From NCBI GenBank assembly GCA_036231525.1, contig JAZAGZ010000071.1, positions 1 through 58,696 on the forward strand: DNA of 58,696 nt. The letters are read 5' to 3'. Both the position numbers and the translations under genes were made by a program. The DNA is from Pseudomonadota bacterium (GTDB lineage: Bacteria; Pseudomonadota; Gammaproteobacteria; Steroidobacterales; Rariloculaceae). The notes below the pieces were generated by a model. That model saw nothing but the letters and a program-made list of their open reading frames with translations. It was not told the origin of the DNA and made no database searches. Shown in pieces: positions 46,123 to 54,273 of the stretch (the first letter of the stretch is position 1; each line of letters starts with the position of its first letter).

Positions 46123-47139
46123 CTACTGACGTCCCAATATTCTTTTGTACTCGTTGTACTCTTCCCAGAGGGCAGCACGTAAAAACGGGTCCTCCTCGTC
46201 GGTTGCCGCCTCACAAAGCTGTCGAGCAACCGTATTTTCGTCTTCACAACCCTCAACCTGGGGAGTAGTACGCTCCCGTGGTGCGGACTGTTCGAAAACA
46301 GATCCGCTACCAGATGTGGAGTCGCCACCACTGCTATTAACATTGCCGCCACCACTTGTACCCGATGGCTGTCCGTCACCTTCTCCCGCTATAGTACTAC
46401 CAGAACCGGAACCAGTCGTCATACCTCCACCCGCGCTGGAACCAGCGCCGACAGCACCAGCCTCGCGAAAGATCTCATCTGCTGCCGAACCAATCCCCTG
46501 TTGCGCCATCTGCTCGCGCTCGGCGCCCATAATCTCGTCAAAATCTTCCAACGATCGATTAAAGCCTCCCTCTGCCTCGGATGCTGCTGGGCTGCCGTTA
46601 CCGAATCCACTGTCGCCACCAGGCCACCCACCGTCAACTTGCTCACCCCCAGCCCCTTGGCCTGACTGATCAACACCCGCCTGGCGAGTATCACCATTCC
46701 CACCGTCAGAGCCTTCTGTCTGATTGTCTCCACCGGTATCTTGACCAGCCTGCTCCTGTCCACCTTGACCTGGAAGTGCACCGCCAGGGAAATTACCCTG
46801 CTGACCCTGCTGACCCTGCTGCCCGGCCTGCTGTTGACCTTGCTGACCCTGCTGACCCTGTTGACCTTGCTGGCCCTGCTGCCCGGCCTGCTGTTGACCC
46901 TGTTGACCTTGCTGGCCCTGCTGCCCGGCCTGCTGTTGGCCCTGCTGGCTTTGTTGGCTCTGCTGGCTCTGAGACTGGCTCTGAGACTGGCTCTGAGACT
47001 GGCTCTGAGACTGGCTCTGGGACTGGCTCTGGGACTGGCTCTGGGACCGGCTCTGCTGCTGCGGTGGTGTCACACAACCCACAAGCATGGCTGATATAAA
47101 CAAAGCCAAAAACCGGCATCGGGCACTCTTTAAGAGCAT
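46123..47139 (-). CDS. low-complexity lipoprotein: SQ dipeptide array, Q/G-rich array, G/S/D-rich region and a small structured Cys-containing C-terminus
   Basis: GAGGTG Shine-Dalgarno 7 nt before the ATG at 47139. Signal peptide with lipobox AMLVGC. About 14 consecutive SQ dipeptides, then QQGQQ/QQAGQQ repeats. The C-terminal approximately 60 aa are non-repetitive (VEGCEDENTVARQLCEAATDEEDPFLRAALWEEYNEYKRILGRQ). Confidence 0.65.
   Translation of the reverse strand: MLLKSARCRFLALFISAMLVGCVTPPQQQSRSQSQSQSQSQSQSQSQSQSQSQSQSQSQQSQQSQQGQQQAGQQGQQGQQGQQQAGQQGQQGQQGQQGQQGQQQAGQQGQQGQQGNFPGGALPGQGGQEQAGQDTGGDNQTEGSDGGNGDTRQAGVDQSGQGAGGEQVDGGWPGGDSGFGNGSPAASEAEGGFNRSLEDFDEIMGAEREQMAQQGIGSAADEIFREAGAVGAGSSAGGGMTTGSGSGSTIAGEGDGQPSGTSGGGNVNSSGGDSTSGSGSVFEQSAPRERTTPQVEGCEDENTVARQLCEAATDEEDPFLRAALWEEYNEYKRILGRQ
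46798..46964. repeat. imperfect 9-nt-periodic tandem repeats (CTG-YTG-RCC units; encode the QQG array) with higher-order repeats
   Basis: Runs of CTGCTGACC / CTGTTGACC / TTGCTGGCC units. The longer unit containing GCCCGGCCTGCTGTTG recurs at about 46821, 46881 and 46923. Confidence 0.8.
46965..47048. repeat. perfect/near-perfect 12-nt tandem repeat, 7 copies (encodes the SQ array)
   Basis: The plus strand reads GGCTCTGAGACT four times, then GGCTCTGGGACT twice, then GGCTCTGGGACC once. The copies are head to tail and in frame within the 46123-47139 CDS. Confidence 0.9.
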
Positions 47140-47335
47140 TAGTCACCTCACTTTTCAGAGCAGGGTCCTATATTAACTTTAGTTCACCTGCGAGAGCGGA
47201 AGTTCACTTTAAAAACGTCTTCCGCCTCCAACTTCCAACATACTCCACTAACGCGTGGGCAATTTAAGGGTTGACGCGGCTCTCCTGCTGGTCAAAGCTG
47301 GTAAGAGACGTGCCCAACCCATTGAAAGGACAGCC

Positions 47336-47770
47336 ATGAGAACAATACCACCGATCGCCGGCCTGCTTCTATCTGTTTTGCTAGCCCCCGCACAAACGCA
47401 AGAACTTACATCGGCCCCGGATGGAGCAGAGGCCTACATTCAGTCTCCCGCAGATGGGACAGAAGTCTCTTCACCTGTCACCGTGCGATTCGGACTGAGG
47501 GGAATCGGGGTTGCTCCAGCCGGAGTACAACTTCCCAACACCGGACACCACCACCTACTGATTGACGTCGGAGAAGCTGATATGCCTCCACCCAATCTAC
47601 CGTTACCTGCTACTAACCAGGTCGTTCACTTCGGACTAGGGCAGACGGAAACGGAACTAAACCTTGAACCCGGCCAACACACGTTGCAGCTCGTACTTGG
47701 GGATTATTTACACACCCCACACTCACCACCAGTGCTTTCGGAAGTGATCACAATCACGGTTACTGAATAG
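47336..47770 (+). CDS. DUF4399 domain-containing periplasmic protein
   Basis: Signal peptide MRTIPPIAGLLLSVLLAPAQTQ. The TGHHHLLID motif and GQHTLQLVLGD are characteristic of DUF4399 as I recall it. AAGGA Shine-Dalgarno before the ATG at 47336. Confidence 0.65.
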   Translation: MRTIPPIAGLLLSVLLAPAQTQELTSAPDGAEAYIQSPADGTEVSSPVTVRFGLRGIGVAPAGVQLPNTGHHHLLIDVGEADMPPPNLPLPATNQVVHFGLGQTETELNLEPGQHTLQLVLGDYLHTPHSPPVLSEVITITVTE

Positions 47771-47923
47771 GAATAGCTCAAGTAGTCGGGCGCCTCAGTT
47801 ACGCGCCTCCTAAGCGTGCCCCCGAGGAGGAAAAACGGAGAAGTTATCGCATCCGTGTACAATGGCGCTGCACTTTGCATCCGAAAAGAGTGCACAAACA
47901 CATCCCTATAATCTAAAAATACT

Positions 47924-48934
47924 ATGAACATTCGTGACGGATTCATCGATTCCGTGGGCAACACACCACTGATTAAGCTTCAGAAAGCATCTGAACAGAC
48001 AGGCTGTACAATTCTGGGAAAGGCCGAATTTCTGAATCCAGGAGGATCGGTTAAAGATAGAGCTGCGAAATATATGGTGCTGGACGCCGAGCAACGTGGC
48101 GCCCTGGAGCCAGGAGGCTTAATTGTAGAAGGTACTGCCGGCAACACAGGCATCGGTCTAGCTCTAGTCGGAAACTCACGCGGATACCGAACTTTAATCC
48201 TGATGCCGGATTCACAGACCCAAGAGAAAAAAGACGCGCTGCGGCTTTGTGGTGCTGAGCTTCGAGAGGTTCCTGCCGTACCCTACCGTGATCCAAACAA
48301 CTATGTTCACGTTGCAGAACGTACAGCTGCCGAGCTTGCAAAAATAGAACCCCATGGGGTTCTCTACGCCAATCAGTGGGATAACACAGCAAACCGAGAG
48401 GGCCACTTTGCAAGTACGGGCCCCGAAATATGGGAACAAACAGATGGAAAGGTCGATGCCTTCATCTGTGCTGTGGGAACTGGAGGAACACTGGCAGGCG
48501 TCAGCGAATATTTAAAAAAACAGAATCCGGGCATTGTGACAGCCGTTGCTGACCCAATGGGCGCCGCAATATTCAGTTGGATAAAAACTGGTGAACTTTC
48601 ATCGCAGGGTAGCTCAATCACAGAAGGCATAGGCCAAGGAAGGGTCACGGGAAATCTTCAAGACGCAAAAATTGACGATGCATTCTGTATCCCTGATGAA
48701 GAGATGTTACCAATCTGCTTTGATCTTCTGTTGGAAGAGGGGCTTTTGATGGGGGGTTCGAGCGGCATTAACGTTGCTGGCGCAATTCGTATGGCAAATG
48801 AACTCGGACCAGGAAAAACCATCGTGACCATACTCTGTGATTCTGGATCGCGGTATCAGTCGAAGCTCTTCAACCCGGAATTCCTGGCCTCCAAGGGCTT
48901 ACCGCTTCCTCCCTGGTTATCGTCCCCGCCATAA
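47924..48934 (+). CDS. cysteine synthase / cystathionine-beta-synthase-like PLP enzyme
   Basis: 336 aa. NTPLIKL, PLP-Lys in NPGGSVKDRAA, GTAGNTGIGLA, and the GTGGT loop. Confidence 0.8.
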   Translation: MNIRDGFIDSVGNTPLIKLQKASEQTGCTILGKAEFLNPGGSVKDRAAKYMVLDAEQRGALEPGGLIVEGTAGNTGIGLALVGNSRGYRTLILMPDSQTQEKKDALRLCGAELREVPAVPYRDPNNYVHVAERTAAELAKIEPHGVLYANQWDNTANREGHFASTGPEIWEQTDGKVDAFICAVGTGGTLAGVSEYLKKQNPGIVTAVADPMGAAIFSWIKTGELSSQGSSITEGIGQGRVTGNLQDAKIDDAFCIPDEEMLPICFDLLLEEGLLMGGSSGINVAGAIRMANELGPGKTIVTILCDSGSRYQSKLFNPEFLASKGLPLPPWLSSPP

Positions 48935-48942
48935 GAACAGCG

Positions 48943-50259
48943 CTAAAAATACCAAGCAAGCTGAATAAAAATCCCTGGCCCGGTAGAAAGTTGCGATCCA
49001 GGCACTCCTAGATCGATGCCTCCATACTCAGTGCCAGACCTGCCAACCGGTATGTTAAGTGCGCCCAAAAGTAGCATGCTCTCGTTCAGATCTGTTTGGG
49101 TCGTAATCTGCACGAGCGCACTGTCATCTTCGATATTCAAAAATAGATTCGGCGTGAGAAGGAATAAAGGAGTAATCTCGATCAGCGCGCTCAGCCCAAT
49201 GTAGTGTCGCCCAAGATTAAAAATCTCGCCCCGTGAAAGACGCGCTAACAAGTTCGGGTTCGAGGTAAGATCGATGGTGCTGTAGTTAGTACCCCTTTGA
49301 CCAAATCCATTCAAGTAGTACTCAATGACCGCGCTAACATTCTTTCCGATCCATGAAAACGAATGACTAAGACTAGTAACCGCCGATACAATGCTGCCTT
49401 CATTGTCCGTGAACGTCACCATGAGATCGCCCCGCCAGAGTGCGCCGCCGATTCCGTAATTACCTCCAAGGCCTACGAGGTTTTCACCAAAATGGCGTGC
49501 TAGAACAAAATCGTATTCTCCAGCCCCGAAAACCCCATGATATTTTGCGGCGAAAGAACTTTGATTAGTTTCTACGTTTCTTGTTAGAGAATCCCGATGA
49601 AAAACAACCACAGCCTGGAGATCATCGCCACTATCACGCAGATACTGTCCATAGAGCATGTCATCGCCTGACTTATACTCCTTATCTATCGCTGTCGGAT
49701 CGAATGGATTGAAAATATCCATTACCGTGTTGAAGATAAGTCCATTGCCCCACGTCACCGCCTGGCGGCCAAAACGCAGTACACCATTATCCCCTGTGTA
49801 ACCTGCAGAAAATCTATCCAGCCTGCCTAGAGTCGCCTGTTTATCATCATCCGTAATGATTTTGGTAAGGTCGAATAAACGCTGATCATCACTCGGCAAA
49901 CGAGGGAACAAAATCTGAAGTTCATCATCAAAATCGCGAGTAAGCTCAATGATGTCTCCATAAAATGCGCCGAACTGCGTATCCACTTGCAGATCCCATC
50001 TATCTCCACCCAAATTAGCATTCAATCGCGCATCAAAGCCGAGATCTTCACCACTAGAACCTATACGACTGCGAAAAAAACCGTCATCAGGAAACGTGGT
50101 GGAAGTCATGCGGTACTTCGTATGTCCGCTGATATCGAAGTTAGATGTCTGAGCCGCACACACTCCATAGCTCAATACGGTTAGAACGCATATTGAACAC
50201 AAGCGCCTCACGATGCGGTTACACCGCTTCCTGATCAATATCCTCGACGAGCTTTCCAT
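48943..50259 (-). CDS. outer-membrane beta-barrel protein of unknown function
   Basis: Signal peptide ending YGVCAAQ. Alternating-hydrophobic strands throughout and a terminal aromatic residue (...IQLAWYF). The 5' end overlaps the ABC ATPase stop by 41 nt, so the true start is uncertain. Confidence 0.55.
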   Translation of the reverse strand: MESSSRILIRKRCNRIVRRLCSICVLTVLSYGVCAAQTSNFDISGHTKYRMTSTTFPDDGFFRSRIGSSGEDLGFDARLNANLGGDRWDLQVDTQFGAFYGDIIELTRDFDDELQILFPRLPSDDQRLFDLTKIITDDDKQATLGRLDRFSAGYTGDNGVLRFGRQAVTWGNGLIFNTVMDIFNPFDPTAIDKEYKSGDDMLYGQYLRDSGDDLQAVVVFHRDSLTRNVETNQSSFAAKYHGVFGAGEYDFVLARHFGENLVGLGGNYGIGGALWRGDLMVTFTDNEGSIVSAVTSLSHSFSWIGKNVSAVIEYYLNGFGQRGTNYSTIDLTSNPNLLARLSRGEIFNLGRHYIGLSALIEITPLFLLTPNLFLNIEDDSALVQITTQTDLNESMLLLGALNIPVGRSGTEYGGIDLGVPGSQLSTGPGIFIQLAWYF

Positions 50260-50911
50260 CTAACATCCGAATGAGGCGCCTAGCGTAACCCATCACCATT
50301 TGATCGTGGGTTGCTATAACAAACGTTGTACCACGATGCTGATTCAACTCTACGAACAACTCCATAAGATGCCTGGCTGTGTTTGAATCCAGATTCGCAG
50401 TGGGTTCGTCGGCAAGCACAATAGCGGGATTCGATGCTATAGCACGCGCAACTGCAACGCGTTGTTGCTGACCACCCGACATTTTTGCTGGTCGCCTATC
50501 CTCCAGTCCTTCAAGCCCGACTTCGCTGAGAATCTCCAGGGAGCGTTTTTTTCGATCGACAACGGATACGCCCTGAACTTGCATGACGAACTCAACATTC
50601 TCTCGGGCAGTAAGCACAGGAATAAGATTGTAGGCCTGAAAAACAAAACCGATCCGATGTAACCGCATACGCGCCAACGGAGCCTTAGACAAGTTATCGA
50701 TTCTTTTACCAGCGATCCAAATCTCACCGCTGTCTGGTCGATCCAAACCACCCATCACATTTAACAGCGTTGTCTTGCCTCCACCAGATGGTGAACGCAA
50801 ACAAACAAAACCACCTTCCTCTACTTCAATGCTTACGCCATTGAGACCGATGACATCTTCATCGCCCTGCTTATAAATCTTGCGCACATCAATACAACGG
50901 ACTGCATGCAT
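50219..50911 (-). CDS. ABC transporter ATP-binding protein (LolD/MacB-type)
   Basis: Walker A SPSGGGKTT, Q-loop, signature MSGGQQQRVAVARA, Walker B IVLADEPTANLD, H-loop ATHD. Confidence 0.85.
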   Translation of the reverse strand: MHAVRCIDVRKIYKQGDEDVIGLNGVSIEVEEGGFVCLRSPSGGGKTTLLNVMGGLDRPDSGEIWIAGKRIDNLSKAPLARMRLHRIGFVFQAYNLIPVLTARENVEFVMQVQGVSVVDRKKRSLEILSEVGLEGLEDRRPAKMSGGQQQRVAVARAIASNPAIVLADEPTANLDSNTARHLMELFVELNQHRGTTFVIATHDQMVMGYARRLIRMLDGKLVEDIDQEAV

Positions 50912-50914
50912 AGC

Positions 50915-52144
50915 TCAAACCTTTGTAATTGCATCCACTGGGTGATAGCGAGACGCTCGCACGGCTGGTAATAGACTGGCGAGAAAACCGAGCACGAGGA
51001 CGACTACAGTTGCCATTACCACGTCGCTGGTTTGCAAAGAGGGCGTTAGAACACTACCAGCTCCCATCATTTCCAACCCCTCACTCACTGCCGAAAGATC
51101 AATTCCCTCCCTTAGTTGTTGAATGGTTGCCCACGCAAAAACATTGCCAATCAGCAGCCCCATGCCGAGCAGCATCAATGACTCTGCAATGATCTGTCCC
51201 AAGATGACGGCGGGTTTCATACCGAGGGCCATCATCAATCCAATCTCTCGAACCCGCTCGAACACTGACATCACTAATGTATTGACAAGTCCAAAGGATA
51301 GTGCCAAAAAGATGACCACTATCCAGATCAAAACGAATCCGTCCATCATGCCGAGCATACTGCTGAGGTACCGATTCAACTCATACCAAGGTAAAACCTC
51401 TAATCGATTGCCCACAGCAGTATTAATCCGATGATGCAGCGCCTCTGTATCACGATAATCAGCCCCCAGCACAGCAATCTCTGAAACCTGACCACCTATA
51501 CCTAACAACATCTGCAATGTGCTACGCCCTGCGAACGCATAAATTTCTTCGGTTGAAGCAACCTGAGCCTCATAAACCCCGATGACCCTAAACCCCCTAT
51601 CCACTATTTCATTACTTGGGTCCTGAGTCAGGACGACAACACGCTTGCCGACTTCTGTCTCAAGACGCTCGGCCAACCGCCTACCGAGAATCAGCCCGGT
51701 ATCTTCAGTACCCGACAGAAATTGTCCCTCAGTCATATCATCCGCGACGGATGAGACAGACACCTCAGCAACTGGATCGATACCAACAAGTGTGATGCCC
51801 CGGGAATTCCTCTCACTCATAACCACAGCTGGGACACGTACCCGGCTGCTCCATGCGACTACATCTTCCTGCTCTAATACAGCAATGAGATTCTCGTTGG
51901 GACTCGGAAAAAGGTTATTGACCGTGGGGTCATCGCGAAAATTGGGATTGTGGATCTGAATATGGCCTGGCAGAGATCGAATGCTATCGACGAGCATGCC
52001 GTCTACCATGCCGCGCATCATCGCGCTCATGAAGATCATAGCCCATACACCAACCACCACCGCCATCAGCATAATTACAGTACGGCGATAATTACGCCAC
52101 AGATTACGCCACGCGAGATTCAACACAATTGAAGCTGTGCCCAT
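50915..52144 (-). CDS. FtsX/MacB-type ABC permease (4 TM plus a large periplasmic domain)
   Basis: The likely start MGTASIVLNLAWRNLWRNYRRT at 52144 gives a TGATG overlap with the upstream stop. C-terminal FtsX-type helices include ERVREIGLMMALGM. Confidence 0.8.
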   Translation of the reverse strand: MGTASIVLNLAWRNLWRNYRRTVIMLMAVVVGVWAMIFMSAMMRGMVDGMLVDSIRSLPGHIQIHNPNFRDDPTVNNLFPSPNENLIAVLEQEDVVAWSSRVRVPAVVMSERNSRGITLVGIDPVAEVSVSSVADDMTEGQFLSGTEDTGLILGRRLAERLETEVGKRVVVLTQDPSNEIVDRGFRVIGVYEAQVASTEEIYAFAGRSTLQMLLGIGGQVSEIAVLGADYRDTEALHHRINTAVGNRLEVLPWYELNRYLSSMLGMMDGFVLIWIVVIFLALSFGLVNTLVMSVFERVREIGLMMALGMKPAVILGQIIAESLMLLGMGLLIGNVFAWATIQQLREGIDLSAVSEGLEMMGAGSVLTPSLQTSDVVMATVVVLVLGFLASLLPAVRASRYHPVDAITKV

Positions 52145-53370
52145 CAAGCCGCCTTCATTGCCTGTACTGGTTGCAAAAAGTGCAAGCGGGCGGCTGGATA
52201 CACCGCAGCTATGAGGCTCGCAAGAAACACAACGCACGGCCCAACAAGGAGCGAGATTGAATTCAGATTAGGATAAATCCGATCCGGCAGATTGAACTGA
52301 GCAGCTAACTCTAACCCAGGATAAGCAAAACCGTTCACGGTGAACCAGTAGACTACGAGACCACCTAAGGATACCCCGAGACCCAATCCCAGCAACCCAA
52401 TCATTGTCGTCTCTAACATTATCAGCCAGCCCAATCGCCCCGACGTCAACCCTAGAGACATAGTGATACCAAACTCTCGGGTCCGCTCCAGTACGGACAT
52501 CAGTTGCGTGTTCAGCACGCTGAATGCCACAAGAATGACCAGAACTCCGTACATAAACCACGCACCCACAAGGTCCGCCTGAATCGCCTGTCGAAGACCC
52601 GGTTGGAGATCATTCCAGTCATGAACAACCAAACCTTCCATGTCTGGTAACAGAGCTTGCACCTGCTGCTGAAGTGTGGACACAGAAAATAAGTCTTGTG
52701 CATTGATCACAACGGTATGGCCGGCGCCCTCCATTACAAACGTGTCCTGGAAAAACCCTAGTGGCATCTCTGCAAACGAGCGGTCTAACTCCACGACTCC
52801 GCTCTCAAAAATACCTACGACACGTACTACCGTCGCAGCAAATGAACCGTCGCGAGCACTGCCTAATATAGTGAGTTCGTCCCCGAGCTGTACCCTCAGG
52901 TTCCGTGCTAACACAGCACCAATCACGATCTCCGGAGCATTAATATCATCAAGAAAACGCCCCTCTCTAATCAGCCCCGGTAGCGTAGAAATACGAGGCT
53001 CAAACTCAGGCTCAACACCAATGATCTGAACTCCGTATGTCCGATCCTCACTTGATGTCAGCGCGAAGGCTGCTCCCCTTGCTGCAATAGTCTCTAAACT
53101 TAGTCTCTCACGTATATCAGCAGCTAAACCGCGGACCGCAGGCACAGACTGATGAATACGCTGATCGTCCTTATAACCCTCGTATTGAACCTGTAGATGT
53201 CCAGTTAAAGGTGCCAAAGTATTGTCGATCATCATCAGGTATGTACCGAGTTGGACCGAGATTAAAAAAATCAGAAGAATATTCGAAAACACCAATGCAC
53301 CAACCGTCAACCAGGTACGCCGGGGTTGACGCCAGATATTCCGCCATGCGAGACGAAACGTGATACTCAT
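52144..53370 (-). CDS. FtsX/MacB-type ABC permease, second paralog
   Basis: MSITFRLAWRNIWRQPRRT, periplasmic insert, and ERTREFGITMSLGL in the FtsX-type helical bundle. Confidence 0.8.
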   Translation of the reverse strand: MSITFRLAWRNIWRQPRRTWLTVGALVFSNILLIFLISVQLGTYLMMIDNTLAPLTGHLQVQYEGYKDDQRIHQSVPAVRGLAADIRERLSLETIAARGAAFALTSSEDRTYGVQIIGVEPEFEPRISTLPGLIREGRFLDDINAPEIVIGAVLARNLRVQLGDELTILGSARDGSFAATVVRVVGIFESGVVELDRSFAEMPLGFFQDTFVMEGAGHTVVINAQDLFSVSTLQQQVQALLPDMEGLVVHDWNDLQPGLRQAIQADLVGAWFMYGVLVILVAFSVLNTQLMSVLERTREFGITMSLGLTSGRLGWLIMLETTMIGLLGLGLGVSLGGLVVYWFTVNGFAYPGLELAAQFNLPDRIYPNLNSISLLVGPCVVFLASLIAAVYPAARLHFLQPVQAMKAA

Positions 53371-54233
53371 TCTCTGGGGTTGCGAAGATTAGATAGTGTG
53401 AAAAGACCGTCACTTAACTCGATACCAAATTCCATTTCCTCAACGTAGATCTCGGTCCATTCATCTTCCATTTCCACCCTGGCCATCCGCTGCCGGGTTG
53501 CGACCATGCGTCCGCCCCGCTCACCTATTTCAAGAGACTCTAATGACTTGACCAACACATCATCTTGATCGTAGAACGAATGCTCAAGCAGAATGTAATC
53601 GTCACGGATTCGTAAAATTTCTCGGCCCCAAACTACAGCGGCATCCTCGTTGGGAATCGACTCGATCACATAAATCTCATGGCCGTCCTGATCATCGATC
53701 TCCACTAAAGTGTGCTCATACTCATTGAGAATTTCATTTCCCCTGGTGATATCGTTATTCGAAAAGTCAGAGCCCATCCAACTCTGATTGATCATGGAGG
53801 AAGGCATCTTAATGACTCGATTTACCCTCGGCGAAAAAGTCCACATATTGTTGTCAATAGTCAGTGTGGCGTTATCGGCATCCCTGGGAGGCTCCGTCAC
53901 TCGTACCAATGAGTCCTTATCCCCCCGAGTCCAACTTCGCATCGACATTGAGCGTTCCCAGTCCGGGCGGTGAATCGTCATGGTAAACGCTCCGCGTGAT
54001 GACGTGCCCCGCCATTGCTCAATAGTCACTCTAACAATCTCTCTCGCCTCTTCTTGCGTGAACCCATCCAACGGAATCAAAGCCAACCCTGTGATGACAA
54101 ATACAGAACAAAGACTTTGCCATGATCTTTTTCCGGCAAGTTCTAAAATACTGCCCCGCCAGGCAGTACGCCCGGTAGCGAGGATAAGCGCGCTGAAGAA
54201 CAACACCAGACCAATAATCAGAATGGTCACCAC
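53367..54233 (-). CDS. LolA-like outer-membrane lipoprotein-sorting family protein
   Basis: N-terminal anchor or signal. MWTFSPRVNRVIKMPSSMINQSWMGSDFSNNDI, and later strands resembling the LolA-like (DUF-type) family commonly linked to FtsX-type ABC systems. Confidence 0.6.
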   Translation of the reverse strand: MVTILIIGLVLFFSALILATGRTAWRGSILELAGKRSWQSLCSVFVITGLALIPLDGFTQEEAREIVRVTIEQWRGTSSRGAFTMTIHRPDWERSMSMRSWTRGDKDSLVRVTEPPRDADNATLTIDNNMWTFSPRVNRVIKMPSSMINQSWMGSDFSNNDITRGNEILNEYEHTLVEIDDQDGHEIYVIESIPNEDAAVVWGREILRIRDDYILLEHSFYDQDDVLVKSLESLEIGERGGRMVATRQRMARVEMEDEWTEIYVEEMEFGIELSDGLFTLSNLRNPRE

Positions 54234-54273
54234 CTTACTTCCTCTTCTTCGTAGCGTATCGTTCCAAGAAACG

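Noticed and set aside
46798-47048. Regularly spaced short repeats that could be mistaken for a CRISPR-like or other non-coding array.
   Set aside because: The units are contiguous with no spacers. They are 9 or 12 nt long (multiples of three) and lie in frame within a CDS, so this is a coding tandem repeat.
34379-47139. Reading the kinase/FHA/OmpA-like/TPR/lipoprotein set as the T6SS threonine-phosphorylation pathway (PpkA, Fha, TagL, TagQRST).
   Set aside because: No core T6SS gene (TssA-M, Hcp, VgrG, ClpV) and no PppA phosphatase is present in the window. The MotA-like and vWA genes have no counterpart in that pathway.
46145-47146. Five long extra ORFs on both strands inside the repeat region (46145-46669 +, 46581-47099 +, 46741-47094 +, 46419-46781 -, 46793-47146 -).
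   Set aside because: They are frame artefacts of low-complexity, repeat-rich DNA, where stop codons are rare in every frame. Only the 46123-47139 minus frame has a Shine-Dalgarno sequence, an ATG, a lipoprotein signal peptide and a non-repetitive C-terminus.
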